This document shows, piece by piece, positions 48,406 through 52,311 of a DNA stretch of 52,311 nucleotides. The notes under the pieces were generated by a model. The model was given only the letters and a program-made list of their open reading frames with translations. It had not been told where the DNA came from and did not search any database. The DNA is from Xanthobacteraceae bacterium (GTDB taxonomy: Bacteria; Pseudomonadota; Alphaproteobacteria; Rhizobiales; Xanthobacteraceae), in assembly GCA_046714775.1 (NCBI GenBank), contig JBKKAF010000130.1, forward strand, positions 1 through 52,311, given 5' to 3'. The stretch's first letter is position 1. Each line of letters begins with the position of its first letter. Position numbers and translations under genes: made by a program.

Positions 48406-49927
48406 GCGCCGCCGGCAAGCGGTCGAGGGCGCACAAGGCCGTCTCGACTACGGTCCGCCGGTCGCGGTGATCGACATCGGGTCGAACTCGGTACGCCTCG
48501 TCGTCTACGAGGGCAAGACGCGCAGCCCGACCCCGATCTTCAACGAGAAAGTCCTGTGCGGCCTGGGCCGCCAAGTGCAAACGACCGGCCTGCTGGCCCC
48601 CGATGCCGTCGACAAGGCGCTCGCATCGCTGCGCCGGTTCCGCGCCCTTTGCGACCGGATCGCGGTGGCCAGGCTGTTCGTGGTGGCGACCGCGGCGTGC
48701 CGCGATGCCAGCAACGGCAAGGCTTTCATCGGCGAAGCGCAAAAGATCTGCCGCACCAAGATCGAGGTCATCTCCGGCAAGCGCGAGGCGCAATTGTCGG
48801 CACTCGGCGTGGTCTCGGGATTTCACCGTCCGGACGGGATCGTCGGCGATCTCGGCGGCGGCTCCCTCGAACTGACCGAGGTCCATGGCCATCGCGTCCG
48901 GCCTGGCGTCACGCTTCCGCTCGGCGGTCTGGCGCTGCAGGACATTTCCTCCAAATCGCTCAAGAAGGCCGAGAAGATCGTCACGAAAGCGCTGGAGGGT
49001 ACCGACCTGCTGGACGCCGCCAAGGGCCGCACCTTCTACGCCATCGGCGGCACCTGGCGCGCGCTCGCCCGCCTGCACATGTGGCAGAAGGGTTACCCAC
49101 TGCACGTCATGCACGGCTACGTCATGCCCGCGCGGGAGGCCTACGAATTCGCCAGCCTCGTCCATCGGGTGCATCCGGACACGCTGTCGCAGATCGAGGT
49201 GGTCGCCGCCGCCCGGCGCCCGCTGCTGCCCTATGCCGCGCTGGTGCTCGAACACCTGTTGCGGATCGGACGCCCCAAGGACGTGGTGATCTCCGCCATG
49301 GGCGTGCGCGAAGGTTTGCTCTATTCGCTGCTGCCTGCGGACGAGCGCCATAAGGACCCGCTGCTCGCCGCCGCGGCCGAGCTCAACGTGCTGCGTTCGC
49401 GCTCGCCCGCCCACGGCGACGAGCTGATCGCCTGGACCGACCGTTTCGCGGCTTCCTCGGGGCTGGACGAAACCGCGGAGGAGCGGCGGCTGCGTCATGC
49501 CGCCTGTCTGCTTGCCGATATCGGCTGGCGGGCGCATCCGGATTATCGCGGAGAGCAGTCGCTCAATATCATCGCCAATGCCACTTTTGTCGCGATCGAC
49601 CATCCCGGCCGTACCTTCCTGGCGCTGGCCGTGTTCTTCCGCCATGTCGGACTGGTCGATGAGGAACTGTCGCCGCGGATGCGCGAACTCGCCTCCAGCC
49701 GCGTGCTTGACCGCGCGCGCGTTCTGGGCGCCGCGCTGCGGGTGGCCTATCTGGTCTCGGCCTCGATGCCCGGTGTGCTGCCGAGGACCCCGCTGGTGGT
49801 CAAGCGCGGCCGGCTGGTGCTGCGGTTCGGCAAGGGACTTGAGGATTTGGCCGGCGAACGCGTTTTCGTGCGGTTGCGGCAACTTGCCCGCCTGATCGGG
49901 CGCGAGCCGGTGATGCAAGCCGGCTGA
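48344..49927 (+). CDS. ppx: exopolyphosphatase (Ppx/GppA family); start uncertain
   Basis: [16 protein letters not shown], then [11 protein letters not shown] 48344 would overlap ppk by 62 nt. The only later candidate is the GTG immediately before IDIGSNS. Confidence 0.85.
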   Translation: MANRSKNRRRAVSSGGSSAAKRRRQAVEGAQGRLDYGPPVAVIDIGSNSVRLVVYEGKTRSPTPIFNEKVLCGLGRQVQTTGLLAPDAVDKALASLRRFRALCDRIAVARLFVVATAACRDASNGKAFIGEAQKICRTKIEVISGKREAQLSALGVVSGFHRPDGIVGDLGGGSLELTEVHGHRVRPGVTLPLGGLALQDISSKSLKKAEKIVTKALEGTDLLDAAKGRTFYAIGGTWRALARLHMWQKGYPLHVMHGYVMPAREAYEFASLVHRVHPDTLSQIEVVAAARRPLLPYAALVLEHLLRIGRPKDVVISAMGVREGLLYSLLPADERHKDPLLAAAAELNVLRSRSPAHGDELIAWTDRFAASSGLDETAEERRLRHAACLLADIGWRAHPDYRGEQSLNIIANATFVAIDHPGRTFLALAVFFRHVGLVDEELSPRMRELASSRVLDRARVLGAALRVAYLVSASMPGVLPRTPLVVKRGRLVLRFGKGLEDLAGERVFVRLRQLARLIGREPVMQAG

Positions 49928-49932
49928 CCGGC

Positions 49933-51081
49933 TTATTCGCGCTCCACCGCCACCACCCGGTTCTTCTCGATCGCCAGCGCCAGCCGCCCGTGCTTGAGCG
50001 CGAGCGCCTTTTCGCCGAACAGATCGCGCCGCCAGCCGTGCAAGGCCGGCACGTCGGCGTCGTCGTCGGCTGCGATCCGGTCGAGATCGTCCACCGTGGC
50101 GATCACCTTGGCGGCGACTGCATGGGTCTCGGACGTCATCCGTAACAGCACCTTGAGCAATTCGACGGTGGCCTGCCCGTTGCCGACCTGCCGGTGGCGT
50201 TCAAGCCGCGGCAGCGTTTTGGGATCGCGGGCGATCCCGCGCTGCACCGCCTCGACGATCGCTTCGCCCCATTTCGACCGCTCGAAGCCCTTGGGCAGCG
50301 AGCGCAGTCCCCCGAGCCGCTCCACGGTGGTCGGCGCCTGTACCGCGATGTCGCCGACCACGTCGTCCTTGATCACGCGCCCACGCGGCACGTTCCGGGT
50401 CTGCGCCTCGCGCTCGCGCCAGGCCGCCACCTCCATCAGCACTGCCAGCTCGCGGGGTTTGCGCACGCGGGTCTTCATGCGCTCCCAGGCGCGCTCGGGC
50501 TCCATCCGATAGGTGTCGGGAGAGGTGAGGATCTTCATCTCCTCCTGCACCCATTCGGTCCGTCCGCGCTTGTCGAGGTCGGCGGAGAGATTGAGATAGA
50601 CATCGCGCAAATGGGTCACGTCGGAGACCGCATAGACGAGTTGCGCCTCGCTCAGCGGTCGCCGGGTCCAATCCGTGAAGCGGTTCGACTTATCGAGGGT
50701 GTCGCCGGTGATGCGCTGCACCAGCTGGTCGTAGGAGATCGAGTCGCCGTAGCCCAGCACCATGGCGGCGACCTGGGTATCCACGATCGGGTGGGGGACG
50801 ATGCCGGCCTCGTGCCAGACGATCTCGATGTCCTGGCGGGCGGCGTGGAAAACCTTGAGGACCTTCTCGTTGCCCATTAACGCGTAGAACGGCGCCAGAT
50901 CGAGGTCCGGGGCGAGCGCGTCGATGACGAACGCTTCCTCGGTGCTCGCCATCTGCGCCACGCAGAGTTTCGGATAATAGGTGGTCTCCCGCAGGAATTC
51001 GGTATCGACGGTCACGAACGGATGCTCCGCCAGGCGGGCGCAGACTTCGGCCAGTTCCTTGCTGTCGGTGATCGGCTGCAT
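49933..51081 (-). CDS. rnd: ribonuclease D
   Basis: DEDD exonuclease motifs ([26 protein letters not shown]) plus an HRDC-like C-terminus. Confidence 0.92.
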   Translation of the reverse strand: MQPITDSKELAEVCARLAEHPFVTVDTEFLRETTYYPKLCVAQMASTEEAFVIDALAPDLDLAPFYALMGNEKVLKVFHAARQDIEIVWHEAGIVPHPIVDTQVAAMVLGYGDSISYDQLVQRITGDTLDKSNRFTDWTRRPLSEAQLVYAVSDVTHLRDVYLNLSADLDKRGRTEWVQEEMKILTSPDTYRMEPERAWERMKTRVRKPRELAVLMEVAAWREREAQTRNVPRGRVIKDDVVGDIAVQAPTTVERLGGLRSLPKGFERSKWGEAIVEAVQRGIARDPKTLPRLERHRQVGNGQATVELLKVLLRMTSETHAVAAKVIATVDDLDRIAADDDADVPALHGWRRDLFGEKALALKHGRLALAIEKNRVVAVERE

Positions 51082-51263
51082 GGCGGCTCAATAGCGTAGC
51101 GGGATGCGCTTGTCAGCGTGGGACGGCCTCACCCCACAGGCTTCGGTGGCTCATTTCACGGCGAAACCGCGCCGGCAGGGTGGCACCTGCGCCCTGTTCC
51201 GCGTTCTTGACAAGCCCCCCGCCGCATGACCCTTTCCGCGCGTCATTGGAAGCCGTTTTCATC

Positions 51264-52311
51264 ATGCATCGCTACCGTTCCCACACCTGCGGCGCCTTGC
51301 GCGAGAGTGATATCGGCCAGAGCGTGCGGCTTGCCGGCTGGTGCCACCGCATTCGCGATCATGGCGGGCTGCTGTTCATCGATCTGCGAGACCACTATGG
51401 CCTCACGCAGGTCGTCGCCGATCCGGATTCGCCTGCGTTCAAGGCGGCCGAGCCGCTGCGGTCGGAATGGGTGGTGCGGATCGACGGCCAGGTGCGCAAG
51501 CGCCCGGCCGGAACCGAGAACCCGGATCTGGCCACGGGCGCCATCGAGATCTTCATCAACGAGATCGAAGTGTTGGGACCGGCTGGCGAGCTGCCGCTGC
51601 CGGTGTTCGGCGACCAGGAATATCCCGAGGACATCAGGCTCAAATACCGCTTCCTCGACCTGCGCCGCGAACGCTTGCACCAGAACATCATGCAGCGCGG
51701 GGCGATCATCGATTCGCTGCGGCGCCGGATGAAGGAGCAGGGCTTTTTCGAGTTTCAGACCCCGATCCTGACCGCCGCGAGCCCGGAGGGCGCGCGCGAT
51801 TTCCTGGTGCCGTCGCGGCTGCATCCGGGGAAGTTCTACGCGCTGCCGCAGGCGCCGCAGCAGTTCAAGCAGCTTCTCATGGTCTCGGGCTTCGATCGCT
51901 ATTTCCAGATCGCACCCTGCTTCCGCGACGAAGACCCGCGCGCCGACCGGCTGCCAGGAGAATTCTACCAACTCGACATCGAGATGAGCTTCATCACCCA
52001 GGACGACGTGTTCGCGGCCATGGAACCGGTGCTGCGCGGCACGTTCTCGGAATTCGCCGGCGGCTGGCCGGTGACGCAGGCCCTGCCGCGCATCACCCAC
52101 CGCGACGCTATGCGCAAATACGGTACCGACAAGCCGGACCTGCGCAACCCCTTGGTCATCGCCGACGTCACCGACGAGTTCAAAGATCCGAGCGTCACCT
52201 TCAATGCCTTCAAGAACGTCATCAAGGCCGGCGGGGTGGTGCGCGCCGTCCCGGCGCCCGGGGCGGGTGCCCAGCCACGCTCGTTCTTCGACAAGCTCAA
52301 CGAATGGGCGC
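51264..52311 (+). CDS. aspS: aspartate--tRNA ligase, 5' portion (continues beyond the window)
   Basis: Not in the ORF track because there is no stop in the window. From ATG 51264 it reads [13 protein letters not shown]...[27 protein letters not shown]...[22 protein letters not shown]...[34 protein letters not shown] (class II motifs 1 and 2). Confidence 0.93.
   Translation, partial: MHRYRSHTCGALRESDIGQSVRLAGWCHRIRDHGGLLFIDLRDHYGLTQVVADPDSPAFKAAEPLRSEWVVRIDGQVRKRPAGTENPDLATGAIEIFINEIEVLGPAGELPLPVFGDQEYPEDIRLKYRFLDLRRERLHQNIMQRGAIIDSLRRRMKEQGFFEFQTPILTAASPEGARDFLVPSRLHPGKFYALPQAPQQFKQLLMVSGFDRYFQIAPCFRDEDPRADRLPGEFYQLDIEMSFITQDDVFAAMEPVLRGTFSEFAGGWPVTQALPRITHRDAMRKYGTDKPDLRNPLVIADVTDEFKDPSVTFNAFKNVIKAGGVVRAVPAPGAGAQPRSFFDKLNEWA

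Noticed and set aside
48380-49918. 512-aa ORF antisense to ppx. The similar long antisense ORFs at 15112-16284 (dnaB), 21842-22810 (fabD), 37717-38862 (pepA/holC), 25671-26816 (mltG) and 51243-52100 (aspS) belong with it.
   Set aside because: All lie opposite genes with strong family signatures. They are stop-codon-poor antisense frames expected at this GC content.

Overview
This is a 52.3-kb, high-GC, gene-dense chromosomal segment. The proteins and palindromic intergenic repeats look alphaproteobacterial, probably Rhizobiales and Bradyrhizobium/Nitrobacteraceae-like; that placement is inference only. I can support about 50 protein-coding genes, nearly all core housekeeping. In order they are: an ArsR-SRPBCC-VOC operon, prfC, a TrxB-like oxidoreductase, nnrU, panB, a YfgM-like TPR protein, a small lipoprotein, der, an SDR, purF-cvpA, radA, alr, a DoxX protein, dnaB, cfa, a CxxCH protein, rpsF-rpsR-(DUF2232)-rplI, fabD-fabG-acpP-fabF, mltG, yicC-like, gmk, rsmA-pdxA-surA-lptD-lptG-lptF divergent from pepA-holC, a lipoprotein, ndk, a TerC-family protein, cspA, purM-purN, a CDP-alcohol phosphatidyltransferase, an AI-2E transporter, hdaA, ppk-ppx, rnd and aspS (runs off the 3' edge). 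I saw no rRNA, tRNA, CRISPR array, transposase, integrase, phage gene or recognisable defence/toxin gene. I do not find an accessory island or a convincing novel multi-gene system. The observations most worth a second look are: (1) an in-frame TAG at codon 48 of the normally essential acpP, inside an otherwise intact fab cluster; (2) two tandem ~75-nt hairpins bounded by CTAGTGT...ACACTAG between rpsR and the DUF2232/rplI genes; (3) a 3 x 17-bp tandem repeat abutting the start codon of the TrxB-like gene, and a 19-bp tandem repeat upstream of a lipoprotein gene; (4) two composite REP-like palindromic elements; (5) a 12-2-12 ArsR-type operator candidate. CDS starts were refined from the ORF track using conserved N-termini and RBS-like motifs. 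Many long ORFs antisense to real genes are GC-rich artefacts.
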